A stretch of DNA of 64,000 bases from Gemmatimonadales bacterium (GTDB taxonomy: Bacteria; Gemmatimonadota; Gemmatimonadetes; Gemmatimonadales; GWC2-71-9). Where the stretch lies: NCBI GenBank assembly GCA_036006525.1, contig DASYPP010000047.1, positions 8,077 to 72,076 on the forward strand, read 5' to 3'. The notes beneath the pieces are model-generated. The model was not told the DNA's origin. It made no database searches and was given only the letters and a program-made list of their open reading frames with translations. Shown here piece by piece: positions 1 through 9,073 of this stretch (its first letter is position 1; the number at the start of each line of letters is the position of its first letter). The translations under genes and the position numbers were made by a program.

Positions 1-1
1 T

Positions 2-997
2 TGCCCCTACACCTGCGCCTTCTGCATCGACTCCACGGTGGACTTCCAGCCCCTGGGCTTCGACCAGATGCGCGAGGATCTTCGCTTCCTGCTCACCAAG
101 ATGAAGCGGCCGGTGGTCGGCTGGCATGACCCGAACTTCGGCGTTCGTTTCGACGACTACATGGGGGCGATCGAAGACGCGGTCCCTCCGGGCAGCATCG
201 ATTTCCTCGCCGAGAGCAGCCTCTCGCTGCTCAACGAAGCCCACCTGAAGCGACTGCAGAAGAACGGCTTCAAGGGAATCCTTCCGGGAATCGAGTCCTG
301 GTACTCGCTGGGCAACAAGACGCGCACCGGCAAAGCGGCGGGCATGGAGAAAGTCCGCCAGGTGTCGGAGCACGTCAACATGATGCAGCGCTACATCCCG
401 TTCATCCAGACCAATTTCGTGCTCGGCCTGGACATGGATCATGGCCCCGAGCCGTTCGAGCTCGGCAAGCGGTTCATTGACATGACGCCGGGCGCCTTCC
501 CGGCCTACTCGCTGCTCTCCGCCTTCGGCCAGGCGGCGCCGCTCAATCTCGAGCTGCAGCGGAGCGGGCGGGTGCTGCCCTTCCCGTTCCACTTCATCAA
601 CAATTACCACTCGATGAACGTGAAGCCGTTGAACTACGGCTGGCGGGAGTTCTACAGCCACGCGATCGACCTCACCAAGTACTCCTTCGCCTGGCCCCGG
701 ATCTACAAGCGGTTCCGGGCCAACACCCAGATGTTGCCCCGCATGATGAACGCGCTCCGCGCGGTTTCGGCCGAGGGCTTCGGGCGGATCAAGTACTACT
801 CCACGATCCGCAAACTGCTGGATACCGATATCACAGTGCGGCGCTACTTCGAGGGCGAATCCACCGACCTGCCGGAGTTCTACCACCAGCGGATCCGCAA
901 CGAACTGGGCGTGTTCTACGACGCGCTGCCGCCCGGCGCGATCTACCACGATCACCTGGCCTACCTGCATTCGCAGCCGTTGGTGAAACTGGCTTAG
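2..997 (+). CDS. Radical SAM protein, 5' end outside window
   Basis: The frame of ORF 38..997 stays open to nt 2. Nt 2-31 read CPYTCAFCID (the CxxxCxxC radical-SAM cluster motif). An ILPGIESW motif lies downstream. Confidence 0.75.
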   Translation, partial: CPYTCAFCIDSTVDFQPLGFDQMREDLRFLLTKMKRPVVGWHDPNFGVRFDDYMGAIEDAVPPGSIDFLAESSLSLLNEAHLKRLQKNGFKGILPGIESWYSLGNKTRTGKAAGMEKVRQVSEHVNMMQRYIPFIQTNFVLGLDMDHGPEPFELGKRFIDMTPGAFPAYSLLSAFGQAAPLNLELQRSGRVLPFPFHFINNYHSMNVKPLNYGWREFYSHAIDLTKYSFAWPRIYKRFRANTQMLPRMMNALRAVSAEGFGRIKYYSTIRKLLDTDITVRRYFEGESTDLPEFYHQRIRNELGVFYDALPPGAIYHDHLAYLHSQPLVKLA

Positions 998-998
998 A

Positions 999-1100
999 GC
1001 TTATGGCTTATGGCGTATGGCGAAACGGCCCTCCCGCGATCCAGCGAGAGGGCCGTTTCAGTACTCATCTATTATCTGCAATACGCCATGCGCCAGATGC
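999..1100. repeat. Oligomer-tandem palindrome (GCTTATG units) around a perfect 12-bp hairpin
   Basis: GCTTATG GCTTATG GCGTATG at 999-1019. Degenerate complementary 7-mers at about 1065-1100. Confidence 0.7.
1022..1059. terminator. Bidirectional hairpin between convergent genes
   Basis: GAAACGGCCCTC (1022-1033) pairs perfectly with GAGGGCCGTTTC (1048-1059). No T tract. Confidence 0.55.
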
Positions 1101-1459
1101 TAAAACGCGTCCGCCCAGTCCACGGCCGATTCCTTCTTACAGCGCTGGCAGGTGAGCACCGTGGGATGGCCATCGAACTCCTGGCGCTCCCGGCATTGGG
1201 GACATACGGCGTAAACCGGCAGTGGGGCCTGTCCCCCGAACGTCGGCCGCATGACGCCGGTGCGATTCACCACGCACCATTCCGCGGGCGGCTCGCTCCG
1301 CACTTCGACATCCACCCGGCTTACCCGCACCGGCCGGTTGTCTACCTGCACGACCACCACGTGGCCATCCGGCGTCTTCTCGACAATCGGATACCAGGCT
1401 CCGCGCCGGAGCGTGTCCGCGGTGCGGCTGGTGGAACGGGCCCAACCCAGGGAAGACAT
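1100..1459 (-). CDS. Hypothetical protein with C-terminal Cys4 zinc ribbon
   Basis: 119-aa ORF with CPQC...CQRC pairs near the C-terminus. It ends at the hairpin repeat 999-1100. Confidence 0.45.
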   Translation of the reverse strand: MSSLGWARSTSRTADTLRRGAWYPIVEKTPDGHVVVVQVDNRPVRVSRVDVEVRSEPPAEWCVVNRTGVMRPTFGGQAPLPVYAVCPQCRERQEFDGHPTVLTCQRCKKESAVDWADAF

Positions 1460-1524
1460 AAGGCGCTAAGAATAGCACGCCCGAGGCGGGGGCGGCTAGG
1501 GGTGTCCCCGGGTCAGGCTCCGAG

Positions 1525-2847
1525 CTATTCCCGCGCGAGAATCTCGTCGCGCGGCACCGGGTAGGTCGGGTATGCGACGTCACCGGCCCGGTCGAGCGGC
1601 AGCTGGCTGAGCAATCCATACCGGCGCAGGTCAATCCAGCGATGACCACCCTCATACAGCAGCGAGTACCGCTTCTCATACAGCAACGCGTCCAGTGCGG
1701 CGGCCGGCGTCGCGGGAACCGCGATCGGCGCCAATCCCCCGGAGTGCACCCGGATGTAATTGATATCGTCGGTCGCGGCGGCCAACTGGTTGAGACCGAC
1801 ATTCGCTTCGGCCCTGAGCAGAATGAGTTCCTCGTTCCGGATGATCGGAATGGGCGCCGACGGACTGCTGTAGCGCGTCCAGCCCAGGGCGGACGTCAGG
1901 TTATCGACCGTGGTCGAGGTACGGGGAATGGTCTTGTCGAGGAAGCGCTGATCCAGCGCGCCGCCCGGCTGGAGCTGCGCGTCGGTTTCCAGCGAGGGGT
2001 GCGCAAAGTTCTCCCCGGCGAGCGGGTTCTGAAACAGCGCGTTGGCGGTTTCCTTGGGACCGGTCCCGAAGCTGTGGTACGCGCCGGCGGCCAGATCGGC
2101 CGTAGCCGACGTATCGATGAAGGATGCCGCCAGCGAAGTCAGTGCGCCGGCAAAATCACCGGTATACACATTGACCCGGGCCCGGAGCGCACGGTTCACC
2201 AGGATGAAAGACGCCGGATCGTTGAATCCGTTGAACCCGTCGCTCAATGAGAACGGGAAGCTGCCTCCGCCGTTCTGGAGATCGACCTGTGCCGAGTCGA
2301 GCAGGGCGACGATGTACGCGTACGCCGCGGCATTGGTGACGAATGGCGCGGGAGCCGCGGTGGGGTCCGACTCCACGGCTATCGGAATGGAGTCCCCGGT
2401 GTGGGTGCTGACAACCAGGAGGAAATTCAGCGCCTTGATGGTGCGGGCAAACCCGCTCACCGCGTTCTGCTCCGCCGGCGTCAGGGCCGAGGCGGTGCCG
2501 ATGACCGCGAGCAGGCTGTTGGCGCTGCGAATGGTGCGATACTGCTCGGCCCAGTGATCGCCGCCGAAGGCGTTGCTGCCGGCATCCAGGCCACCGGTAA
2601 GCAGCTCGCCGGTGAAGCGCGGATCGGAGCCGTCGAAGCGATAGGCCTCGCGACCCAGGATGCCGAGGTCGAGGGCAAAGTCCGCTGCGTCGACTTCGGA
2701 CCCGATCAACAGGCCGGTTGCCGCGGCTGCCACTTCGTTCCTGGCCGGATTGTTCCCGATGGGATCCGGGCTGTTCGGATTGGCTATGTCAAAAGAGCAT
2801 CCGGCGAGTGTCGCCAGCACCGCCGCTACCAGCATGGTGGTCTTCAT
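1525..2847 (-). CDS. SusD/RagB-family outer-membrane lipoprotein
   Basis: Sits immediately downstream of the SusC-like gene. Lipoprotein signal MKTTMLVAAVLATLAGC. Start taken at the internal ATG (residue 18 of ORF 1525..2898). Confidence 0.7.
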   Translation of the reverse strand: MKTTMLVAAVLATLAGCSFDIANPNSPDPIGNNPARNEVAAAATGLLIGSEVDAADFALDLGILGREAYRFDGSDPRFTGELLTGGLDAGSNAFGGDHWAEQYRTIRSANSLLAVIGTASALTPAEQNAVSGFARTIKALNFLLVVSTHTGDSIPIAVESDPTAAPAPFVTNAAAYAYIVALLDSAQVDLQNGGGSFPFSLSDGFNGFNDPASFILVNRALRARVNVYTGDFAGALTSLAASFIDTSATADLAAGAYHSFGTGPKETANALFQNPLAGENFAHPSLETDAQLQPGGALDQRFLDKTIPRTSTTVDNLTSALGWTRYSSPSAPIPIIRNEELILLRAEANVGLNQLAAATDDINYIRVHSGGLAPIAVPATPAAALDALLYEKRYSLLYEGGHRWIDLRRYGLLSQLPLDRAGDVAYPTYPVPRDEILARE

Positions 2848-2899
2848 GGATTGAGCTCTCCGTGAGATTTGGGGGTGAATGCCATTGGATGAGCGCATA

Positions 2900-5821
2900 T
2901 CAGAACCCCAGATCGATTGAGAGGAAGAAGCTGCGGCTCGGGGGGAACGGAGCCACGTCGATATTCCGCGCGATCGCCTGGTTGCCGAAGTTGCTTACCT
3001 CAGGATCCAATCCCTCATAACCCGTGAAGCGCAGCAGATTCCGGGCGCTGAAGCTCACCCGCGCGTTCCGGATGGAGGACCCGAACAGGAATGCCACGGC
3101 GGTGACCGGTACATCGTAGGTCAGCGACACTTCGCGCAGCTTCACATACGACGCTTCCTGGACATACGCCTTGGTGTGCCCGGCCTGGAAGTCGGCCCGG
3201 CGAGCCGCGCCGCCGTCCGGCACGTCGCCCGCGTTATGCTGGATGTCGTAGAGGAACTGGGTCAGATTGATCACGTCCCCGCCCTGCTTCCAATCCAGCA
3301 GGGTGCCGATGGTAAACCGTTTCCAGCGGATGTCGTTGCTGAACGACATCTGGAAGTCCGGGGCGGCGTCGCCCACGATGCCGACCGTCGTGGGACTGGT
3401 GTTCCCCACGATCTGGGTAGCCGATTTCCCCTCTTCGATCCGGAACGCTCCGAGGGAGGTGCCGAAACCGCCGGTTTCGAATGCCGGGATCGGCAGACTG
3501 GTGATCTTGCTTCGATTGGCGAAGAAGCTGGTACCCAGGCGCCAGGTGAAATCCGGATGATCGACGGGGAAAACGTCGATCGCGACTTCGACCCCGCGAT
3601 TCCGTAGCGTACCGCCCGAGTTGAATATCCGGCTCCCATACCCGGTGGAGGGCGCCAGGGTCTGGTCGAGCAGCAGATTGCTGATGCTCTTCTGATATAC
3701 CGAGAAGCTGATCGTGGCCCGGCCGCCGGCCAGGTTGGCATCGAACCCGGTCTCGAATTCCTTCTGCACCTCCGGCTCGATATCCGCATCCCCCAGCCGG
3801 TTGCCCACCAGCACGCCAAACCGGCCGTTGATCAGCAGCGAGGTATCCGGGCTGAATTTCTGGCCGAAGAGCGGCTCATTGCCAGTCTGACCATACGCCG
3901 CGCGGAGTTTGATCTCGTCGAACAGGCCGACCGGATGAATCAACCGGTAGGAGACGGCCGCCTTGGGATAGAAGAAGTAATGGCTGGGATCACCGTTCGC
4001 GCTGCTGCGATCGGCGCGCAACCCGACAGTGAGCAGCAACCGCCGGTCCATCAGCAGCAACTCTTCCTGGCCGAAGAATCCGAGGTTGCGCACCTTCTCG
4101 ATGCTTTCCGAGGGGTCCTGGCTCGCCGCCTGGCTGGGACTGGTCTGCCCGGTGAGCAGGGTGCGGCCCAGGATCCCGGTGATGTTGAGATCGCGGTCCT
4201 GGTACTGCATGCCGATGGACGTCGTCGCCTGATAACTGCCCGAGGCGGCCGTCATGGTGTGGGTGGCATTGGCGGCAAAGTTCAGATTCTGATTGGTGCT
4301 CTTGGTCAGGACCACGGTGCCCGGCTGGCCATCATTGGGCTCGAATTCCAGCTCCGGCGGCGAAAGGAAATCGTTCCGCTGGGTGAAGTAGTCGGCGCCG
4401 CCGACGAAGAGCAGATTGAGGGACTGCCGCTCGCTCTGGAGCAGCGCCACTCGAGCGGTCATCGTCCCGATGATCCGCCAGACATCCTCTTCATTCTTGA
4501 GCAGGTCGAAGGTCTGCAGTGGATTGCTGCGTTCGAAGGGATTGTCGGGGAACACGCCGTTCTTGGCCCGCAGGTCCACGAAGTTCGGGGTGAAGGGAAA
4601 GACCAGGTACGGGCTGGTGCCGCTGTTGTCGTTATTGGACAGACCCCGGTTGGAGCGGCTGTGAATCACGTTGGTGTTGACCGCGAAGCTGACCCGGTTG
4701 CTCAGGATCTGGTCCAGGTTGGCGCGGACCGCCTGTTTCCCGTAATCGGTATTGATCGCGATGCCCTCGTCGTTCTTTACCAGGGCGGAGACGTAATAGC
4801 GCGTGGCATCGCTGCCTCCGCTCACGCTGGCATCGGTCTCGGTGGAGAGTGGCTTGCGGCCGTAGAGAAACTCTTCGTTGTCAAAGGTGACGCCGGGCTG
4901 GAAATACTGCGCGGCCACGGCCGCACCAAAGACACCAGCGACCTCGGCAGAATCCCGGAAGTTGTGAAAGCCGAGCTTGTGGGAGATCCCGCTGATCCCG
5001 AAGCGCTGGGAAATGTTGAACTGCGGAGCGCCGACATGTCCCCGCTTGGTGGTAATGATCACCACGCCATTGGTCGCCCGGGCGCCATAGATCGCGGCGG
5101 CGGAGCCGCCCTTGAGGACTTCGATCCGCTCGATGTCGTTGGGGTTGAGATCGGCGATCCGGTTGACCGGGTTGTCCTGGTTGGACGCATTGCCGCCGGC
5201 CGCGGCCGCCGTGACCGCGTTCGCCCCGTTCGCAATCGCCGTATTGCTGATCACCACGCCGTCCACGACGTAGAGCGGGTCGACGCTGCCATTGATGGTG
5301 GAGACGCCGCGGAGACTGAGCTGCATGCCGCCGCCGGGCGCTCCCGAGTTCGCCTGGATGAGCGCCCCAGGGACCTTGCCCTGCAACGCGCCCTCCAGCG
5401 TCTGGGCCGGCGCCCGGCTCAGCTCGTCCGCGCTCACGGTGGCGACGGCATTGGGGAGGTTCTGCTTCTCGACTCCCGTGGCCTGGCCGGTGATCACGAC
5501 CTCTTCCAGCCGGAAGATGTCGCGGCCCAGGGTGACCGTCACCTGATTCTGCCCCGGCCCGACCAGTACTTCCTGGCGGTGATATCCCAGTGCCCGGATC
5601 ACCAGGGTAACCCCGGCATCAGGCACCCGGGCCAGGACGAAGCGGCCATTGTCCCGGGCCGTCACCCGGATAAGGGTCCCCCGGATGGCCACATCCGCAT
5701 TGCCCACCGGTTCTCCGGTGGCGGAGTCCATCACGGTGCCGTTGATCACCCTCTCCTGCGCCGATGCCAGCCCCAGGGGGACGAGCAGCAGCCCGAAAAG
5801 CACCAACCAGGCGCGACGCAT
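2900..5821 (-). CDS. SusC/RagA-type TonB-dependent receptor
   Basis: Signal peptide, then a CarboxypepD_reg-like N-domain (INGTVMDSATGEPV..). Plug motif IEVLKGGSAAAIYGARATNGVVIITTKRG. Long beta-barrel ending in F. Confidence 0.85.
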   Translation of the reverse strand: MRRAWLVLFGLLLVPLGLASAQERVINGTVMDSATGEPVGNADVAIRGTLIRVTARDNGRFVLARVPDAGVTLVIRALGYHRQEVLVGPGQNQVTVTLGRDIFRLEEVVITGQATGVEKQNLPNAVATVSADELSRAPAQTLEGALQGKVPGALIQANSGAPGGGMQLSLRGVSTINGSVDPLYVVDGVVISNTAIANGANAVTAAAAGGNASNQDNPVNRIADLNPNDIERIEVLKGGSAAAIYGARATNGVVIITTKRGHVGAPQFNISQRFGISGISHKLGFHNFRDSAEVAGVFGAAVAAQYFQPGVTFDNEEFLYGRKPLSTETDASVSGGSDATRYYVSALVKNDEGIAINTDYGKQAVRANLDQILSNRVSFAVNTNVIHSRSNRGLSNNDNSGTSPYLVFPFTPNFVDLRAKNGVFPDNPFERSNPLQTFDLLKNEEDVWRIIGTMTARVALLQSERQSLNLLFVGGADYFTQRNDFLSPPELEFEPNDGQPGTVVLTKSTNQNLNFAANATHTMTAASGSYQATTSIGMQYQDRDLNITGILGRTLLTGQTSPSQAASQDPSESIEKVRNLGFFGQEELLLMDRRLLLTVGLRADRSSANGDPSHYFFYPKAAVSYRLIHPVGLFDEIKLRAAYGQTGNEPLFGQKFSPDTSLLINGRFGVLVGNRLGDADIEPEVQKEFETGFDANLAGGRATISFSVYQKSISNLLLDQTLAPSTGYGSRIFNSGGTLRNRGVEVAIDVFPVDHPDFTWRLGTSFFANRSKITSLPIPAFETGGFGTSLGAFRIEEGKSATQIVGNTSPTTVGIVGDAAPDFQMSFSNDIRWKRFTIGTLLDWKQGGDVINLTQFLYDIQHNAGDVPDGGAARRADFQAGHTKAYVQEASYVKLREVSLTYDVPVTAVAFLFGSSIRNARVSFSARNLLRFTGYEGLDPEVSNFGNQAIARNIDVAPFPPSRSFFLSIDLGF

Positions 5822-5884
5822 ATGGTTCCTCCCCATGACAAAGATGAGAGCCACTGGCCGGATACTCGCGCCGACACCGAGGGA

Positions 5885-5904
5885 GCATCCCCGGAGGGGG
5901 ATGC
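5885..5904 (-). terminator. Hairpin downstream of gene 6007..6429
   Basis: GCATCCCC-GGAG-GGGGATGC, an 8-bp stem. Confidence 0.4.
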
Positions 5905-6006
5905 CGAGCGACTACCAGCTTGGGGTCAGGACGTTATGCGGAAGGCGGCCAGTTCCCTGAAATAGGGCTTGGACTGGATTCTGTCAACAGGGAAGTTGGA
6001 CCGACC

Positions 6007-6429
6007 CTACGGGATGACCTGGACGCTGTCCACGTAGTAGTTAGTGGTCCCGAAGCATTGGGAGGGGACGCCGCGGTGTTCGGTGTAGTGCAGTTTGACC
6101 CGGCCGCCGATGGCGTCCGACAGGTGTTTGGCGGTGCTGTCGTCTCGCACGCTGAAGGTCCAGATCGTGGGCGCGACGCCCGGTACCGAGGTCATCGCGA
6201 GCTCGCCTTCCCAGGTCTTGCAGACGTATCCCTTGTGGGAAAACTTCTGCAGGATCCCCGCGCGAAATCCTTCCGAGTAACTCCAGTTGAGCACCAGCAG
6301 GGTATACAGCGCAAACAGGACGACCGGCGCCAGGACGATCGAGGCGAGGATCAGCTTGGTCCGGGTTCTCCATCCCCGCCGGGGCGGCAGGGGCGCGGGA
6401 TCATTGGCGGGATTGATTGGCTCGGTCAT
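6007..6429 (-). CDS. Membrane-anchored hypothetical protein
   Basis: 140-aa ORF with one N-terminal TM helix (LILASIVLAPVVLFALYTLLVL). A hairpin at 5885-5904 lies downstream. Confidence 0.55.
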   Translation of the reverse strand: MTEPINPANDPAPLPPRRGWRTRTKLILASIVLAPVVLFALYTLLVLNWSYSEGFRAGILQKFSHKGYVCKTWEGELAMTSVPGVAPTIWTFSVRDDSTAKHLSDAIGGRVKLHYTEHRGVPSQCFGTTNYYVDSVQVIP

Positions 6430-6471
6430 GGCTTGGAAGATAAGATTTGCGACGACTGAGCGCGACCCGTC

Positions 6472-8049
6472 CTAGTCGGACCCGCGTACCGTGTGGATGT
6501 TGGTCGAGAAGGTGAGTCCCTTCCCCACCGCGATCACCCACCCGGCGCCCTCCACATCGGTCGCGAAGCGACGCGCCAGGTCAATGCGGATCGCCTCCAC
6601 CCCGGACGCCCGGCTGGCGCCGAGCCGGAGACCGAGGCCCGCATCCCAGCCGGTCCGCCGGGGCGCACCATGATACCAGGCGCCGCCGTAGTCGACGAAG
6701 CCGGCCAGGCCGATCCCGAACAGCTGCCAGATCTCTTCCTTCACGACATAGCGGTATTCGGCCGTCGTGTAGAACGAGCGATCGCCAGTGAAGGCGTGGG
6801 AGCGAAAGGCCCGGGGTCCGGTGCCCAGGCCCATGTCGAACTCCTGGCCGGGCAGCGGTCGCTCGAGCCACCCTCCATCGGCATGGGCGATGAGCGTGTG
6901 CCGGGCGCCGGGTTGCAGCACCAGGGTGCCGCTCACCACCACCGATCCCGAATCCAGCCCGTTGGCGTCGTACAATCCATCGGCCAGGAGATCGGCGAAG
7001 AGGTAGCCCGCGCCAAAGGAGGTGCCCGTCTTTGCCTGCACCTGAGGGGCGAGACCATCACGCTGATAATTGAACGCCCGGGGAGCGGCGAGCACCCCGA
7101 TCCGCACCAGGGTGCTCACGTCCACGTCCTCTTCCCGGCCGAAGCCCTGGTAGGAGCGGGTCAGCACGTATCGAGATCTCCGCCATTCCACGAAGGGACC
7201 CAGGGCGTAGGTCGCTTCGCTCGGGGATAAAAATGAGGACGCTGACTCGGGGCGGTAACGATCCTTGCGGGCCTGGGCCGTGATTCCGGCGCGCAGGTAG
7301 CCGCGCTCGGAAGCGCCCAGCGCGACGCCGCCTTCGACCCGCAACAACTGGTAGTCCCGCCGAATGCTGTCCGACGCGACGCGCTCGCCCTCGAAAAAGC
7401 GGAGCACCCGCTCGTTGCGATCGTCAAAGAGGAAGAGCAGGCTGTTCTGGGAAGCCTGGGAGTAGAACGGCTTGCCGACCAGCGCGGCGAAGCGCCGGCC
7501 ATCGGAGCGATCCTGGAAAATGGTCTCCAGCCGGAGCTGGGGCCAGATGAACCGCGGCTGCAGGAAGCCGAAGGAGGTGCTGGTCCGGTCCGCCGAGTGG
7601 CGGTAGCGGATGGAAGCCTGGGTCGCCGTGCCCAGGACGTTGTCTTCGATGAAAGCGATGGTGTAATCCGCCTGGCCACCCGTGCTCTTGAACCGGTAGT
7701 CGGGGCGGGTGCTCCAGCCATCGGAGGTCTCGACCCGGAGCGTCAGGCCGGAATCTCCCCGCACCGTGTCTACCACCACCCGCCGGAAGATGCCCAGGGC
7801 CCGAAGGTTCCTCGCCGTTTCGGCGGCCGCCGCGGAGTCGTACGCCTGGCCGGGATGGAGCAGCACTTCGCGACGCACCACCGATTCGCGGGTCGCGATG
7901 TGCAGGCGGTTGGCCAGCCGGGTGAGCCAGTTGCGCGCCTCGGTGGAATCGAAGACATCGTTCCGGCGGATGGCCACCGCCTGGATGACCGGCGACGCCG
8001 AATCCCCCGGGGTTTGGGCCCCGGCGGACACGGGCAGCAGGAACAGCAT
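6472..8049 (-). CDS. BamA/TamA-family outer membrane protein (POTRA plus beta-barrel)
   Basis: N-terminal POTRA-like segment (VIQAVAIRRNDVFDS..VLLHPGQAYD..AAAETARNLRALGIFRRV) followed by a surface-antigen-type barrel. Confidence 0.65.
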   Translation of the reverse strand: MLFLLPVSAGAQTPGDSASPVIQAVAIRRNDVFDSTEARNWLTRLANRLHIATRESVVRREVLLHPGQAYDSAAAAETARNLRALGIFRRVVVDTVRGDSGLTLRVETSDGWSTRPDYRFKSTGGQADYTIAFIEDNVLGTATQASIRYRHSADRTSTSFGFLQPRFIWPQLRLETIFQDRSDGRRFAALVGKPFYSQASQNSLLFLFDDRNERVLRFFEGERVASDSIRRDYQLLRVEGGVALGASERGYLRAGITAQARKDRYRPESASSFLSPSEATYALGPFVEWRRSRYVLTRSYQGFGREEDVDVSTLVRIGVLAAPRAFNYQRDGLAPQVQAKTGTSFGAGYLFADLLADGLYDANGLDSGSVVVSGTLVLQPGARHTLIAHADGGWLERPLPGQEFDMGLGTGPRAFRSHAFTGDRSFYTTAEYRYVVKEEIWQLFGIGLAGFVDYGGAWYHGAPRRTGWDAGLGLRLGASRASGVEAIRIDLARRFATDVEGAGWVIAVGKGLTFSTNIHTVRGSD

Positions 8050-8188
8050 GACGGCGGTGAGCCGGCGGAACGACAGACGGGCTCCAGAAGTGTAGGGCTG
8101 AGGAATTTAACGGGCCGGAGGTTATTGCGCCGTCACCCGTTTTCCTGGTTATCACGTCCACTGGAGCAGCAGCGATATTCCCCATTAT

Positions 8189-8214
8189 GGGGGCGGAGGC
8201 CTCTTTCCGCCCCC
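8189..8214 (-). terminator. Hairpin downstream of HAD gene
   Basis: GGGGGCGG ... CCGCCCCC, an 8-bp GC stem immediately 3' of the stop at 8219. Confidence 0.5.
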
Positions 8215-8218
8215 GGAC

Positions 8219-8992
8219 TCAGAGCAGCTCAGCGACGCTCGCGAGGATCCGTTCGGGGTTGATGCCGGAACCCTGGAGCTGGTCCTCCTGGTACTTGCCG
8301 GTGCGAACCAGGTACCCGGCATAGCCGGCCGCCTGGGCACCCGCGATGTCTCCCCGGAGATCATCGCCTATCATGACGATTTCGCTGCGGGGAATGCCGG
8401 CCGGGAGACTCATGCTCTCCACCGCTCCTTCAAAGAACGCTGCGCTCGGTTTTCCCGCGACCAGCGCCTTCACGCCCGCCGCGTCTTCCAGCAGGGCAAC
8501 GAAGGGACCCGAGTCGAGGGTGAGGCCGCGTTCGGTCATCCAGTAGCGATCCCGGGAGAGGGCGATGAGCCGGGCGCCTTTCAGGAGAGCGGCGAATCCC
8601 TGCTGGAGGAGATCAAAGGACCACGCTTCGGCGAGGTCGCCGACCAGGACGGCGTCGGGTTCGCCAACCAATTCAAATCCTTCCAGGTCCTCAAGCGCCT
8701 GTTCTGGTACCAGCGGCAGGAGCCTGCGGCATCCCAGCGACCGCGCCAATTCCGCTCCGGCGAGAAGCGCGGTGAAGACCTCGTGGCTCTCCACCGGGAA
8801 CCCGTAGCTTCCGAGCCTGGTGACGATGGCGGAGCGAGCCTTGGAGGTAGTGTTGGTGAGGAACCGGAAGGGAGTGCCCTGGGATTTGAGCCGCCGGATG
8901 AGGTCGACGGCGCCGGGAATGGCGGCGCTGTTCTGGTAGAGGGTGCCGTCGAGATCGAACAGGTACGCGGCTGGCATGGAACAAAGGTGCAT
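8219..8992 (-). CDS. HAD-superfamily hydrolase, subfamily IIA-like
   Basis: DxDGT motif (YLFDLDGTLY), TNTTS, and a C-terminal IGDDLRGDI motif. Confidence 0.75.
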   Translation of the reverse strand: MHLCSMPAAYLFDLDGTLYQNSAAIPGAVDLIRRLKSQGTPFRFLTNTTSKARSAIVTRLGSYGFPVESHEVFTALLAGAELARSLGCRRLLPLVPEQALEDLEGFELVGEPDAVLVGDLAEAWSFDLLQQGFAALLKGARLIALSRDRYWMTERGLTLDSGPFVALLEDAAGVKALVAGKPSAAFFEGAVESMSLPAGIPRSEIVMIGDDLRGDIAGAQAAGYAGYLVRTGKYQEDQLQGSGINPERILASVAELL

Positions 8993-9013
8993 GGGGCATG
9001 GCGGAAACAGGAA

Positions 9014-9037
9014 GGGCGCCGAGCAAGCTCGACGCCC
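9014..9037 (-). terminator. Hairpin downstream of glnA
   Basis: GGGCGCCGAG-CAAG-CTCGACGCCC, a 10-bp stem with 1 mismatch. Confidence 0.5.
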
Positions 9038-9073
9038 CTGCTATCAATCAGTCAGTAAGGTCAGACCCGAGCG

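Noticed and set aside
3935-5965. 676-aa ORF antisense to the SusC-like receptor.
   Set aside because: Low-complexity Gly/Arg/Asp-rich translation. The opposite strand carries unmistakable plug and barrel motifs.
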